The notes: generated by a model not told the origin, from the letters alone. DNA of 64,000 nucleotides from an uncultured Planctomycetaceae bacterium (GCA_963976765.1 CAXBME010000029.1:1-64000), one strand, 5' to 3'. Counted from the stretch's first letter, positions 10,002 through 20,383 are shown. A program made the numbers and translations.

Positions 10002-10808
10002 TTAGCTGTGTCGTTTCTTGCGGTCCTGTTCCCGTTTCAAGGTGCGGCGCATCGCTGGTAGAAATGCCGAGAGCATCTGTTCGGCATCCCGGAATCGTTT
10101 TCGAGGGTTCAGGTCCATCGCGCGTCGGATGAGATCGATCATGTCCGGGTGAAGCCGCATTCGCAGTCGGCGGTGCCCCGGCGTTGGCCAGGCGAAGGGA
10201 TACTCTGGCCACTGTCCCGAGAACATGCGGCAAAGTATCAGCCCCAGGGAAAAAACATCGGCTCGATACGACGGTTTGCCCATGGCCTGTTCCGGCGCCA
10301 TGTATCCGACGGTTCCCTCTCCGGCACCCTTCATCGTTTTCTGAGCAACGCGGGCGATACCGAAGTCTGTCAGTTTGAGCCGATTTTCGGGGAATAGAAT
10401 AAAGTTTTCGGGCTTAATGTCGCAGTGGACGATCTTGTGCCGGTGAGCGCAGGCAACGGCTTCGAGCATCTGCCGAGCCAGGTCGAGGGCCGTCGACAGA
10501 GACATGCGGCGCGTTAATCGGTCAGCCAGCGTTTCTTCACCCATCGGGAAACTGATGATGAATTCGTTTTCGTAAAAGCCAGCGAATCTCAACGACAGGA
10601 TGTTGGGGTGGTCGAGTTTGGCAGCCAGTCTGACTTCGCGACGAAAATCCTGCAGCACGGCTTCATCAACGATGCTGGCATGAGGAACTTTCAGAGCAAC
10701 GCGAATCCCCTCAACGGTATCCATTGCTGCATAGACATTGGCGAAACCGCCCGCCCCGAGACGCCGTTCGATGCGATATTTTCCGAGTTTCTGCCGTGTT
10801 TTCAGCAT
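10002..10808 (-). CDS. Soluble Ser/Thr protein kinase (kinase domain only)
   Basis: GAGGFANVY, VALK, HCDIKPEN, DFGIAR, GTVGYMAPEQ; no TM helix. Confidence 0.93.
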   Translation of the reverse strand: MLKTRQKLGKYRIERRLGAGGFANVYAAMDTVEGIRVALKVPHASIVDEAVLQDFRREVRLAAKLDHPNILSLRFAGFYENEFIISFPMGEETLADRLTRRMSLSTALDLARQMLEAVACAHRHKIVHCDIKPENFILFPENRLKLTDFGIARVAQKTMKGAGEGTVGYMAPEQAMGKPSYRADVFSLGLILCRMFSGQWPEYPFAWPTPGHRRLRMRLHPDMIDLIRRAMDLNPRKRFRDAEQMLSAFLPAMRRTLKREQDRKKRHS

Positions 10809-11424
10809 GGCGGGTCACCGATCGACAGGACTGATATTTTTGAGCGTCTCAATTGCCGGACGTTGTCGTTGTCGAATGTTGTACTTGTTGAGTCTGAAAA
10901 CGGCGACAGTCGACGGGTTTGCCAACAGCCAGAAAGTGCTTGCAGCTTATTCCGGCAATTAAAGTGACAGAGTCTGAATCAGCGGTCGATTAAGGATACT
11001 GTCGAGCGAAGCAGGGCGGGGCGATTACGTGGCCACGGCAGTCGGCCTGTCACAATTCGACGAATAGATCCCGACTCTTCGTTTATCGGCATACTTCGCT
11101 TTCCGACACAGAAGAAATTGTTCGACGAAGATTGAGTTGTCGCGTCTGACGCAGCCAGCCCGCATTGCCGGGACAGCGGTCTTACTCGTTGCGGCAATCT
11201 GAAATCGGACAGTTGTCCAGAGAGACGCTTTCGATGTCGTAGAGGCTGATTTTTCCTGCCGTTCGGTCGGCTTGTGCCTGCGGTATCCTTTTGGGAATTG
11301 TCAGGGCACAATGCCGGAAGCAGGATGATTTCTGCGATGCGGCCGGCATGACGGAGCAGGTCCGGCACATGATTGGCTGGCTGTTTTTGTGAATTCAGGA
11401 CTGCTGCTTCAAGACTGTAATCTC

Positions 11425-12885
11425 ATGCGAATCCCTTTTGACAATAGCTACGCCCGTTTGCCCGAAACGTTCTTCGCCCTGGTGAAGCCAACGCCGGTTG
11501 CCGCGCCGTCGATGATCCGAATGAATCATGGTCTGGCGACCGGGTTGGGAATCGACATTGACTGGCTGAATTCCCCGGAAGGACTCGCCGTGCTGTCGGG
11601 CAACCAGCTCGCAGATGGGGCAGAGCCGTTGGCAATGGCGTACTCCGGGCATCAGTTCGGCGGCTTTTCACCACAGCTTGGAGATGGGCGTGCGATTCTG
11701 CTGGGTGAAGTCATCGGGCACGACGGAGTCCGTTACGACATTCAGTTGAAAGGTTCCGGCCCAACGCCGTTTTCCCGTCGGGGCGATGGCCGGTCGGCGC
11801 TGGGACCGGTTTTACGTGAGTACATCGTTTCAGAAGCCATGGCCGCTCTCGGCGTCCCGACGACTCGAGCACTTGCCGCCGTGGCCACTGGTGAAAACGT
11901 CTTCCGCGAAAGCCGCGTTCCGGGCGGAGTTTTCACGCGAGTCGCTCAGTCGCACATTCGCATCGGCACGTTTCAGTGGTTTCTTGCCCGGCAGGACATT
12001 GAGAACCTCAAGGTGCTGGCCGATTACGTGATCGCTCGACACTATCCCGATGCCCGCGAGTCGGAGAATCCGTACCTCGCCCTGCTGGAAGGAGTCGTCG
12101 AGCGGCAGGCCAGTCTGATTGCTCACTGGATGCAGCTTGGATTTATCCACGGTGTCATGAATACCGACAACATGACGGTATCGGGTGAGACGATTGATTT
12201 TGGTCCGTGCGCTTTTCTCGACGTGTACGATCCGGCGAAGAAGTTCAGCTCGATCGATCATCAGGGACGCTACGCATTCAGTAATCAGGGACCGATTGGC
12301 CTGTGGAATCTGACTCGGTTTGCCGAGACACTCCTGCCCCTGCTCGATGACGACTCAAAGAAAGCTGTCGAGTTGGCTGAGGAAGTGCTCAATCGATTCT
12401 TCGATCTTCAGCAGAACTCGCTGGAGCGACGACTGACCGCGAAAATCGGTCTGGCAGAAGGCCGAGCGGAAGACTGGGAAATGGTCAAAGCTCTGCTGGC
12501 AGCGATGACTGAAGGGGAAGCCGACTTCACACTGGTGTTTCGCCATCTTTCAGACGCACTCGAAAGTGGCAATGACGAGAACGTGACCCGTCTCTTCAAT
12601 TGCCCTGTCGAGATCACTGGCTGGCTGGACCGGTGGCGAGCTCGTCTGGTCGATGCGGATCAAGACGAAACTCTTGCCCTGATGCGCCGGTCGAACCCGG
12701 TCGTTATCCCGAGAAACCATCGCGTTGAGGAAGCGATTCAGGCCGCCTGCGCTGGCGACTTTGATCCGTTTCATCGACTCAACGAAGCTCTGCAGTACCC
12801 GTTCGATTCTCGCCCCGAGTTTGCTGAGTATGAAGCCGCGCCGACTCCCGATGAAGTTGTGAAAGCGACGTTCTGTGGAACCTGA
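11425..12885 (+). CDS. selO: Protein adenylyltransferase SelO/YdiU
   Basis: YSGHQFGGFSPQLGDGRA, QLKGSGPTPFSRRGDGR, GFIHGVMNTDN, IDFGP, C-terminal TFCGT. ATG at 11425. Confidence 0.95.
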   Translation: MRIPFDNSYARLPETFFALVKPTPVAAPSMIRMNHGLATGLGIDIDWLNSPEGLAVLSGNQLADGAEPLAMAYSGHQFGGFSPQLGDGRAILLGEVIGHDGVRYDIQLKGSGPTPFSRRGDGRSALGPVLREYIVSEAMAALGVPTTRALAAVATGENVFRESRVPGGVFTRVAQSHIRIGTFQWFLARQDIENLKVLADYVIARHYPDARESENPYLALLEGVVERQASLIAHWMQLGFIHGVMNTDNMTVSGETIDFGPCAFLDVYDPAKKFSSIDHQGRYAFSNQGPIGLWNLTRFAETLLPLLDDDSKKAVELAEEVLNRFFDLQQNSLERRLTAKIGLAEGRAEDWEMVKALLAAMTEGEADFTLVFRHLSDALESGNDENVTRLFNCPVEITGWLDRWRARLVDADQDETLALMRRSNPVVIPRNHRVEEAIQAACAGDFDPFHRLNEALQYPFDSRPEFAEYEAAPTPDEVVKATFCGT

Positions 12886-12980
12886 GATCTGGCTGCGGTC
12901 ATGGCCGGTTGAACGTGCGCGGCTGATGTTCCGGCACTTTCTCGAATTCAGCGATTGCCGTGTCAGACGTCGTTATCTGA

Positions 12981-15212
12981 CTACCGGAAACGGAAAGTCT
13001 GGCGGAAAAATCGCAGCAGTCTTTGGCCGACGGATTGTGGGACGGAATGGATTTTCGCCAGGCCGGTCGCTCGAACGATAAGTTGCGACGTCGCCGGATT
13101 CAGGCGGACTTTCGCCTGGTATGCCGTGGCCAGGGGTCTCGGGACACCGTCGGCGTCGAGGCGCGTTGGAAACTCGTCATGCTCGATCAGTTCTCGCGGT
13201 GCGATGGCGAGATCGATTTCGGCGACGTCGACAATCTCGCCAGTCAGCACTTCATTGGGGACATGGTCGATCAGGAGTTCGACCTTCTGGCCGGGCACAA
13301 CGAATTCAACGTCGCCCTGATTGATAGCCACAATGGCTTCGAATCGGTCGGGCTGGCCGATCATGCACAACTCGGTGCCGCTTGCGAGTGTTGTTCCAAG
13401 ATTTGCTTCGTCGAGCGGTGAGCCGCTCCAGTGTGGCAGTTCGGCCGACTCTGTTGTTTTTTCTTTCGCACGCGACACGGCTGGTGGCGGAATGACGATG
13501 CCGGCAGTCGGGGCTCGAAGCGTTAATCGCTCTCGATCGGCGATGCGATGCGTGAGTTCGTTCTTCTTCTCTTCGAGACGCTCCTGCGTGGCCGGAATCA
13601 AGGCGTCAACTGTGTCTCCGTCTCGTAGTCGCCGGTCTGCCAGGTTTTGAAGCCGTTGTTCGAGTACGGCAACTTCGCCTTCAAGTTTGACGATCAGCCT
13701 GTCGAGCGAGCGATTCCGGAAAGTTGCCAGCTTCTGGCCCTGATCAACTTTCGTACCAGGGGCAACCGTCCAAAGCAGCGTGCCTTCCTGATGAACGAAG
13801 ACGCTGCGTGCATTTTCTGGGCGGATGACGACCGGTGTTCGGACCGAAAACGGAAACGGTGTCATCAGAACGGCGACGACCAGGCCGAGAATGCACACCG
13901 TCCGAATTCGGAATCGCGACCAGTTCACAGTTCGGCTCCAGAACGGGCTGGTCAGCAGATTGACAAGGCTGACGACAGGTGAGAGGAACATTCCGGCAAC
14001 CGTCAGTGCGGCCATCACGACGACCAGAGGCTCCAGACCATAAGGTTCAAGAACGCGATGGACAAACCACATGATTCCCCAAACGACCAGCAGTCGATAC
14101 AGCCAGGAAGCGACGTGCCAGATAACGAGGAACGCTTTGCGGCGTTGCGGAAGCAGTCGGCGATTGGCGAGTTCGGTATCGAGAAACCAGACACTCATCC
14201 AGTTGCGGAAGAGTGCTCCGGCCTGTTGTCGAAGATTGGGAATTTCGACGAGGTCCGAGAGGATGTAGTAGCCGTCATAGCGGAGCAGGGGGTTACCGTT
14301 AAAAAGCAACGTGCTGACCGAACATACAAAAACGACGTTCAGGCACAGCGAATTAAAGACGCCCGGCACAGTGAACCACCACAGGAAGAGGCAGGCTGTT
14401 GACAGCAGTAGTTCGACGTAAATTCCGGCAGCACTGATGACGATGCGTTGCCAGCGACTGGGCAGCATCCAGGCGTCTGAAACGTTGCAGTAAAGGCAGG
14501 GCGTGAACACCAGCAGCATGACGCCCATCTCGTGACACTCGCCGCCGAAGTGTCGACAGGACACGGCATGGCCGAGTTCGTGCAGCACTTTTGTCACTGC
14601 GAGTGTTGCTGCCAGCAGAATCAGATTCGTCGCGCCGAAGAATTCGTGAAAATGCGGAAGTCTTGATTGCAGCGTGTCGATGCGGACAGCCGCCAGAACT
14701 CCGGCGGCCAGCATAAAACCAAAGCAGAACGTCACGCACCACGGAGCAAACAGAAATCGGGTTTGTGGAACCAGCCAGTTGAGGAAGCGGTGCGGATCGA
14801 ATCCTCGAAACCGGATGGCCAGCACGTTCGAGAACTGAGTTAACAGTCGCTGATGACGAGTGTTGCGAGTTCTTGAGATCAGGATTTCGGCCTGGCCTGG
14901 CGAGTCGGAGATCACCAGCCCGGAACTGTGCAACATCGCGAGAAACGACTGCACTTGAGGAAGCGAAAGACGCTGCGGGGCGAACTCAATTTCGAATCGT
15001 CGCCGGACGTCCTGCAAAGAGACCGTCCCGTCGAGCATCATCAGCACGGCGTGTTCTTCCGGGCTGAGCTGGTAGTACCTCAGTGAAACCGGGTCTTTAA
15101 TGTGCCAGTAACGGCTGCCGCCGATGTGTTGCTCGTGGCATGCAAGGTCCGCTCGCCGCCGGATCGGCAGAGTGCGGGTTTCCGCAGTTGGAGCGGGCGC
15201 GGCGACGGACAT
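12981..15212 (-). CDS. PqqD/RRE-like domain + M50 site-2 peptidase + HlyD-like periplasmic adaptor fusion
   Basis: N-terminal DPVSLRYYQL..LDG..L..RF...FL..L.SSGL winged-helix pattern; HELGH and NGNPLLRYDGYY M50 motifs; C-terminal lipoyl/coiled-coil/beta-barrel adaptor. Confidence 0.85.
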   Translation of the reverse strand: MSVAAPAPTAETRTLPIRRRADLACHEQHIGGSRYWHIKDPVSLRYYQLSPEEHAVLMMLDGTVSLQDVRRRFEIEFAPQRLSLPQVQSFLAMLHSSGLVISDSPGQAEILISRTRNTRHQRLLTQFSNVLAIRFRGFDPHRFLNWLVPQTRFLFAPWCVTFCFGFMLAAGVLAAVRIDTLQSRLPHFHEFFGATNLILLAATLAVTKVLHELGHAVSCRHFGGECHEMGVMLLVFTPCLYCNVSDAWMLPSRWQRIVISAAGIYVELLLSTACLFLWWFTVPGVFNSLCLNVVFVCSVSTLLFNGNPLLRYDGYYILSDLVEIPNLRQQAGALFRNWMSVWFLDTELANRRLLPQRRKAFLVIWHVASWLYRLLVVWGIMWFVHRVLEPYGLEPLVVVMAALTVAGMFLSPVVSLVNLLTSPFWSRTVNWSRFRIRTVCILGLVVAVLMTPFPFSVRTPVVIRPENARSVFVHQEGTLLWTVAPGTKVDQGQKLATFRNRSLDRLIVKLEGEVAVLEQRLQNLADRRLRDGDTVDALIPATQERLEEKKNELTHRIADRERLTLRAPTAGIVIPPPAVSRAKEKTTESAELPHWSGSPLDEANLGTTLASGTELCMIGQPDRFEAIVAINQGDVEFVVPGQKVELLIDHVPNEVLTGEIVDVAEIDLAIAPRELIEHDEFPTRLDADGVPRPLATAYQAKVRLNPATSQLIVRATGLAKIHSVPQSVGQRLLRFFRQTFRFR

Positions 15213-15267
15213 GGGGACTCAATTCCCGAATTCAACACGTCGAAATTCGTAGCAGCCTGGTTTCCTG

Positions 15268-15504
15268 CTAGTTAGCTGTCTGGTCAGTATCCACAAAAAT
15301 CATGCCGGCTTCTTCTCCTCGGAAGCTGAGGCGGTGATTGTCCAGCGCGATGATACACGGACTGCCTGGCTGGACCATTTTGATTTCAACGTTCTCGTCC
15401 AGGCCCATTTCGTTCAAACGGTTGACGAAGGTACCGTCGCCATCGATTTCGACGATGCGTGCTCGTTCGCCAGCGGCAAGTAATTCAAGGGGGATGATCG
15501 GCAC
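15268..15504 (-). CDS. feoA: FeoA-family SH3-like protein
   Basis: 78 aa; PLELLAAGERARIVEIDG...RLNEMGL...QPGSPCII pattern. Confidence 0.85.
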   Translation of the reverse strand: MPIIPLELLAAGERARIVEIDGDGTFVNRLNEMGLDENVEIKMVQPGSPCIIALDNHRLSFRGEEAGMIFVDTDQTAN

Positions 15505-15555
15505 GTCGAAGGGGTCCAGAGCGTCGGAAAGTCAATCCAGTGGGCAGTGCTCACC

Positions 15556-16524
15556 CTATGGTTGCGGTCGGTCGGGGTTTGAATTGCCGGGCGACTGTTT
15601 TTTGGGCGTATCGGTTGGCTTTGATTTTTTATCAGCGTCGGAGTTCGATAGGTCGGGCGCATTCTCCCGGCCTGGTTTCGACTTACCACCAGCGTTTGAT
15701 CCACCCTTCTTCGCACTGACCGTGGTCAGGATTTCCGAAAGGTCGACGATCATTCGTCGACCGCCGTCGTAGGAAACGAGCACTTTTTTCGCGAGGATTT
15801 CCTGAGCCACAACTTTGCCCTGGCCCTGCTTCGTGACGACGATGGTGCCGTTGGACGGGAGTTCGCGACGGTACTCTTCGTAGGTGTCGAATTCGTAACG
15901 CAGGCAGCATTTCAGACGTCCGCATCGTCCGGAAATCTTGTTCGGGTCGAGCGTCGCCTTCTGCATCTTGGCCATCTTCATCGAGACGGGCGGCATTTCG
16001 GTCAGATGGCTGCCACAGCAGACGGGGCGTCCGCAGTCTCCAAAGTCAGCGAGCAGTTTTGCTTCGTCGCGAACTCCGATCTGCCGCATTTCGATTCGCG
16101 CCTGGAAATTTCTGGCGAGTGTTTTGACGAGTTCGCGGAAGTCGATGCGCTGTTCTGACAGGTAGTAGAAGACGATTCGTTCGCCTCCGAAGATACACTC
16201 AACGTCGACCAGATTCATATTCAGCTTGTGGTCGCGAATGATCTGCCGGCCCTCTTTGAAAATGTCCTGCTCGCGCGCCAGCATTTCATCACGTTTGGAC
16301 CAGGCGTCGTCGTCAGCTCCTCGAAGTATTCGACCAGCCTGTTCTTCGCTCTTGAGGTATTTGCGGGTTGAGTCGGACGCGGGGCAGAGTACTTCGCCCC
16401 ATTCCGTGCCTCGGCTGCTGCGGATCAGAACGGAGTCCGATCGCTGAAACTGTTGAGGGCCTTTGAAACTGAATTCAGCGACGGTTCGAGTCGATCCGTA
16501 TCGCACAATATATGAATCGGGCAT
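15556..16524 (-). CDS. ricT: PSP1/RicT (YaaT) family Fe-S protein
   Basis: RIDFRELVK, RIEMRQIGVRDEAK, DCGRPVCC, KISGRCGRLKCCLRYE. Confidence 0.9.
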   Translation of the reverse strand: MPDSYIVRYGSTRTVAEFSFKGPQQFQRSDSVLIRSSRGTEWGEVLCPASDSTRKYLKSEEQAGRILRGADDDAWSKRDEMLAREQDIFKEGRQIIRDHKLNMNLVDVECIFGGERIVFYYLSEQRIDFRELVKTLARNFQARIEMRQIGVRDEAKLLADFGDCGRPVCCGSHLTEMPPVSMKMAKMQKATLDPNKISGRCGRLKCCLRYEFDTYEEYRRELPSNGTIVVTKQGQGKVVAQEILAKKVLVSYDGGRRMIVDLSEILTTVSAKKGGSNAGGKSKPGRENAPDLSNSDADKKSKPTDTPKKQSPGNSNPDRPQP

Positions 16525-16662
16525 GGTTGCCTTTTCTGTCGTCTGCTTTAGTTGATCGCAGAGGTCACGCCGGATGAGGTTAAAGGATCGCAGGGTCAGT
16601 TCCTACCGGTCGACTTCTGGTGAAGCATTTATCTGGTCGGTTCGAACCGGTCCCGCGGCAGG

Positions 16663-17964
16663 TCAGTTCTCATTCGAATTATCGGGCGTGTGCGCTGCCT
16701 GGCGAACAAGTTCGAGGGCTGAATTGACCAGCGATTCGGTTCTGGCCTTCTGTGAGCTGTCTGCTTCGCCGGCTTTATTTTCGGAGATCGATTGAAGACA
16801 ACTCGACAGGAAGAACGCCGCACCGGCGAGCAACTCAGGAGATGAGCAGTCTGAAATCAGTTCTTCGGAGAACAGACCTTCGTCGGGAACCGTCTCGGCG
16901 AGATCCAGGTCGTTTTCAAAACCTTTCTGGCGGGTTGTTCGGTCGACCGAATCTGCGTTGCCAGTCAGGACTGAAGTATCAACCGGCGCGGATGCTCGAG
17001 CTTTGCGGTGGTCGTTGATCGTGTCCATGTCGGCCTGCTCTTTCTCGGCGGCTTTCTCTTTCGCTTTGCGTGTTGACGAGTTGACGGTGTTTTTCATCAT
17101 TTGAAAAACTTTGGAATCCCGCAGGCCGTTGAAACGCTTCGTCAGTTTTTTGAAGTCAGCGTTGAACAGCTTCGGCATCGCGATCGGCATGAACATGAAC
17201 CGTCGCATCGTCTGATACGGCATTTCGGTTTGTTCTTCGATGATGTGTGCCAGCATCGCGGCTGATCGCGCGTGGAGAAAAAGTCCGGTTCCGTGTTCGA
17301 CCTGAAAACCCAGGTGCAGCAGGATGGCCCCGGTCATGCCGTCAACATTCGGGACGACGCCTTTCTTATCGAGCATTGCTCGAACGACGCCGTCGTAGAT
17401 GTCAACATAAATCCCTTCGGTGTTCATTTCGCACATCAGTCTCCGCATGTGAATCGGGCGGGGGTCCTTGCGAAGCAGAGGGTGTCCGTATCCTCCGAGA
17501 ATCTCGCCAGATTCGATGCGTCGAGCTGTCGCGTCGAAGGCAAACTGCTCGACGTCGGCAGAAGTTGGATTGTCCTTCTTCTGAGCAAGAAACTCTTCGG
17601 CGATCGCTTTATAGAGTTTCATGCCGTGCTCGATCGCGCCGACATGGTACGGGCCACTGGCGAGGAATCCGGCGGCCATCGCCTGAGCCGTGTTGACGCC
17701 CGTGCCGGCAACGATTCGTGGCACCAGTGTGGTCGGCGGCAGCACTCCCCAGCCAGCATGGAACGCGACGAGTACGATGTCGAACAGCCGTCGTTCGTCT
17801 TCAGACGGCAGGCGATTCAACAGGATGTTGAAAAGGGCCTCGGTATGACTGACAGAACCGATTAAATCGTTCAGGTCAGTTGACCTTACATTGAGTTGTT
17901 CTGCGTTCAGATGGACGCCGTCGATGCGAGTGCCGAGGTAGTAGTCGGGAATTTCCTGAGACAT
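16663..17964 (-). CDS. Citrate synthase / citryl-CoA lyase-like protein with long C-terminal extension
   Basis: GPYHVGA, GYGHPLLRKDPR, PNVDG, ARSAAMLAH. Likely start is ATG 17964 (MSQEIPDYY). Confidence 0.75.
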   Translation of the reverse strand: MSQEIPDYYLGTRIDGVHLNAEQLNVRSTDLNDLIGSVSHTEALFNILLNRLPSEDERRLFDIVLVAFHAGWGVLPPTTLVPRIVAGTGVNTAQAMAAGFLASGPYHVGAIEHGMKLYKAIAEEFLAQKKDNPTSADVEQFAFDATARRIESGEILGGYGHPLLRKDPRPIHMRRLMCEMNTEGIYVDIYDGVVRAMLDKKGVVPNVDGMTGAILLHLGFQVEHGTGLFLHARSAAMLAHIIEEQTEMPYQTMRRFMFMPIAMPKLFNADFKKLTKRFNGLRDSKVFQMMKNTVNSSTRKAKEKAAEKEQADMDTINDHRKARASAPVDTSVLTGNADSVDRTTRQKGFENDLDLAETVPDEGLFSEELISDCSSPELLAGAAFFLSSCLQSISENKAGEADSSQKARTESLVNSALELVRQAAHTPDNSNEN

Positions 17965-18258
17965 GAAGTGCGAGCCAGACTGGTCGTTCGTCCGTGCGGA
18001 ACGCATTGACCGAAACAGGTTTATGGGGGCTGAGCTGCCCGGGCGATGGTCCGGGCAGACTTGAGAGGCTGGTGAGGGAGTGACTTGTCGTGGTCCCGCC
18101 CGGCCGAACGAAACGACTTTAGCAGTATCAGGCAGAGTGTCAATTTGCCTGATTCAGCTCAGCCTGGCTGGTCGATATGGAATCTGAGTGAATCCGCACC
18201 GTTGGAGACCAACTTCCCCTGCGTGGCCGCCTGAGTTTTGTAACAGATCGAGAATCCG

Positions 18259-19002
18259 ATGTCTGACTTTGCAACACCCGCGACCACTGCTCAGCCTCAG
18301 GCCGGTGCTGTGGGGCTCAGGCGGGAATCAGTGGCGCAGGTTGTGACCACTTTTCAGCAGGACACGCCGCTGCGACGTCCCGCGATGTTCGGTCGAATGT
18401 CAGCGATCGAGTGCAAGCGACGGCTTCTTCATATTCTGCCGGGGCTTCTGCCGACAATACTGTGGTTTATCCCGCACCGAGACCCGTTGTCGTGGGACTG
18501 CCGAGCGTGGCTGGGGCTGATTATTTGCGGCATTGGCATCGCCACAGCTGTGAAGTATCGCCGCATCGCTCGCACGGGTGAGACCAGCAATCCGGCCTGT
18601 ATTCTTGGGTACACCGTTCCTGTGTTTCTGCTGCTGATGCTGATTCCCGCTCATGCTCAGCTTGGACTGGCAACGCTGGCGATTATTTCGTTCGGTGATG
18701 GATTTGCGACGGTCGGTGGGCTGTTGTTACCCGGGCCTCGGCTTCCGTGGAACCGTCAGAAGAGCTGGGCCGGATTTCTGTGCTTCCTGGCGTTCGCCGT
18801 GCCGTGGTCAGCGATGGTCTACTGGGGCGAGTCGCGTCCGGCAGTTTCGTTTCCGCTGGCTCTTGTCGTCGGCGGATCGGCCACTCTGCTGGCGGCGATC
18901 TGCGAGTCTGTCAAGTCGCGCATCGACGACAACATTCGAGTCGGCGCTGCAGCGGCAGTCGGAATCGTGACGGCTCACTACGCAGCTGCCGCGTGGCTTT
19001 AA
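18259..19002 (+). CDS. SEC59/DGK1/VTE5 (dolichol/phytol kinase-like) CTP-dependent membrane kinase
   Basis: RRLLHIL, GDGFATVGG, LPWNRQKSWAGF, DDNI motifs; multiple TM helices. Confidence 0.8.
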   Translation: MSDFATPATTAQPQAGAVGLRRESVAQVVTTFQQDTPLRRPAMFGRMSAIECKRRLLHILPGLLPTILWFIPHRDPLSWDCRAWLGLIICGIGIATAVKYRRIARTGETSNPACILGYTVPVFLLLMLIPAHAQLGLATLAIISFGDGFATVGGLLLPGPRLPWNRQKSWAGFLCFLAFAVPWSAMVYWGESRPAVSFPLALVVGGSATLLAAICESVKSRIDDNIRVGAAAAVGIVTAHYAAAAWL

Positions 19003-19720
19003 AGCGGCGATGAGTTTAGCGTCGGGTTACCTTACGATAAGACGCTACCCTTAACTCACGTTCGTTCTAGGTTTTTGGAAACCTGCCCGGCTCAGTCGTG
19101 AACCGTCGCTTGTGGCTGTAGCCGTAGCGTTCGAGCAGTTCTATGCTTCGCCTCACCCCACAGAGCTGGCGACCGGATTTGAGCTGCGGAGAAGACAGCG
19201 GCCACCGAGTAACGAATCTCACGTGGCGCTTTCTGAAACCTCGGTGTTCTGGGTGGCTTGATTCTCTGGCAATTTGGGTTTTCAGTTCGACATTTTTCAC
19301 CGGGTTCGGTTTTCTCGCTCTGCTGCTCTTGTGAGATGCTCTTAGCGCATAAAAAGATCGCCGTCGAAGTTCCGAGGGGGCAGAACGACGACGGCGATCA
19401 AGGGAACATGACTGGTGTGGACGGTCGAACTCAGAGAGAGTCAATCCTGTTGTAAATCAGAGTCACTTTTGGGCGTGTCCATGCGACCTGACCGGATGTC
19501 AGAGCCGAAGCGTCTGAGGTGGGCAGTTATCCGGTCTGCTCTTGATCGCGAGAAATTCACCGGCCATGCGGGCTTCCCATGATATCGACGAGTGTTGAAC
19601 GAAAATCGACTCGTTCCTCTTCAACAGGTGTTGCAGCGGTTGTGTCTGGATGCGCGTCTGGCATCGCCAGTCTGTCTGTGACGGTTTTCTCGATCATTGA
19701 CTGGCGACAGAAAGCGCGTC

Positions 19721-20383
19721 ATGCCTGACGAAGAGCTTGAATCCTCGCAGCCGGAAACCGGCAGAATTAGTCCACAAGGTCATGACGAGCCGTACGGTCG
19801 CTTCTTTCTGATTGCGATTTCGACAGCGGCATTCGCTGGCTGCGTTGGTGTGGCTTTTGTCGGTCAGGTGCTGACTGGTGTTCCGGCAGCAGGCTCGCTT
19901 ACCCAGACAGACATTCTGACACCCGCGATCTGGGGGGCAGCTTTGCTCGTGACATTACCAATGTTCGCACTGCTGCAATTCGAGCGGCGGACGCGGATTG
20001 TCTGGCTGAGGGAACTCTGGCAGCTGTCGGGAGATCTTCTGGGGCCGATCGTCGTCAGAGTGACGTTTGCAGAGCTTGTCGTCGTTTCGTTGTTTGCCGG
20101 AGTTGGTGAGGAGTTGCTGTTTCGAGGCTTTCTGCAGAACTGGCTCGGCGGTCACGGATTACTTGTGGCTCTGGTTGTTCCGAATGTGCTGTTCGGGCTT
20201 CTGCACTGGATCTCACCTGGTTATGCGGCCTGTACGTTTTGCGTTGGTCTTTACTTCAGTTGCCTGCTTCACTTTGCAGAACCTGTCAGCCTCGCGACGC
20301 TCATGATCGCACACTCGCTCTATGATCTGGTGGCACTCTTGTGTCTTGTCCGAGAAGTTCGCAGGCGGACTGTCGCCAGTTGA
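19721..20383 (+). CDS. CPBP (CAAX protease-like) intramembrane glutamic endopeptidase
   Basis: EELLFRG, FGLLH, AHSLYD motifs. Start is ATG 19721 or TTG 19697. Confidence 0.88.
   Translation: MPDEELESSQPETGRISPQGHDEPYGRFFLIAISTAAFAGCVGVAFVGQVLTGVPAAGSLTQTDILTPAIWGAALLVTLPMFALLQFERRTRIVWLRELWQLSGDLLGPIVVRVTFAELVVVSLFAGVGEELLFRGFLQNWLGGHGLLVALVVPNVLFGLLHWISPGYAACTFCVGLYFSCLLHFAEPVSLATLMIAHSLYDLVALLCLVREVRRRTVAS

Noticed and set aside
10851..10960. 10-bp inverted repeat AATTGCCGGA/TCCGGCAATT 90 bp apart
   Set aside because: Short, with no inner pairing or target-site duplication; could be chance.
12870..12900. Selenocysteine readthrough at the selO TGA stop
   Set aside because: The protein ends in the ordinary FCGT of Cys-type SelO, and no convincing SECIS hairpin was seen.
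19067..19455. Small ORFs in the 700-bp gap before the CPBP gene
   Set aside because: No recognisable motif or RBS, and overlapping alternatives in several frames; cannot be supported.
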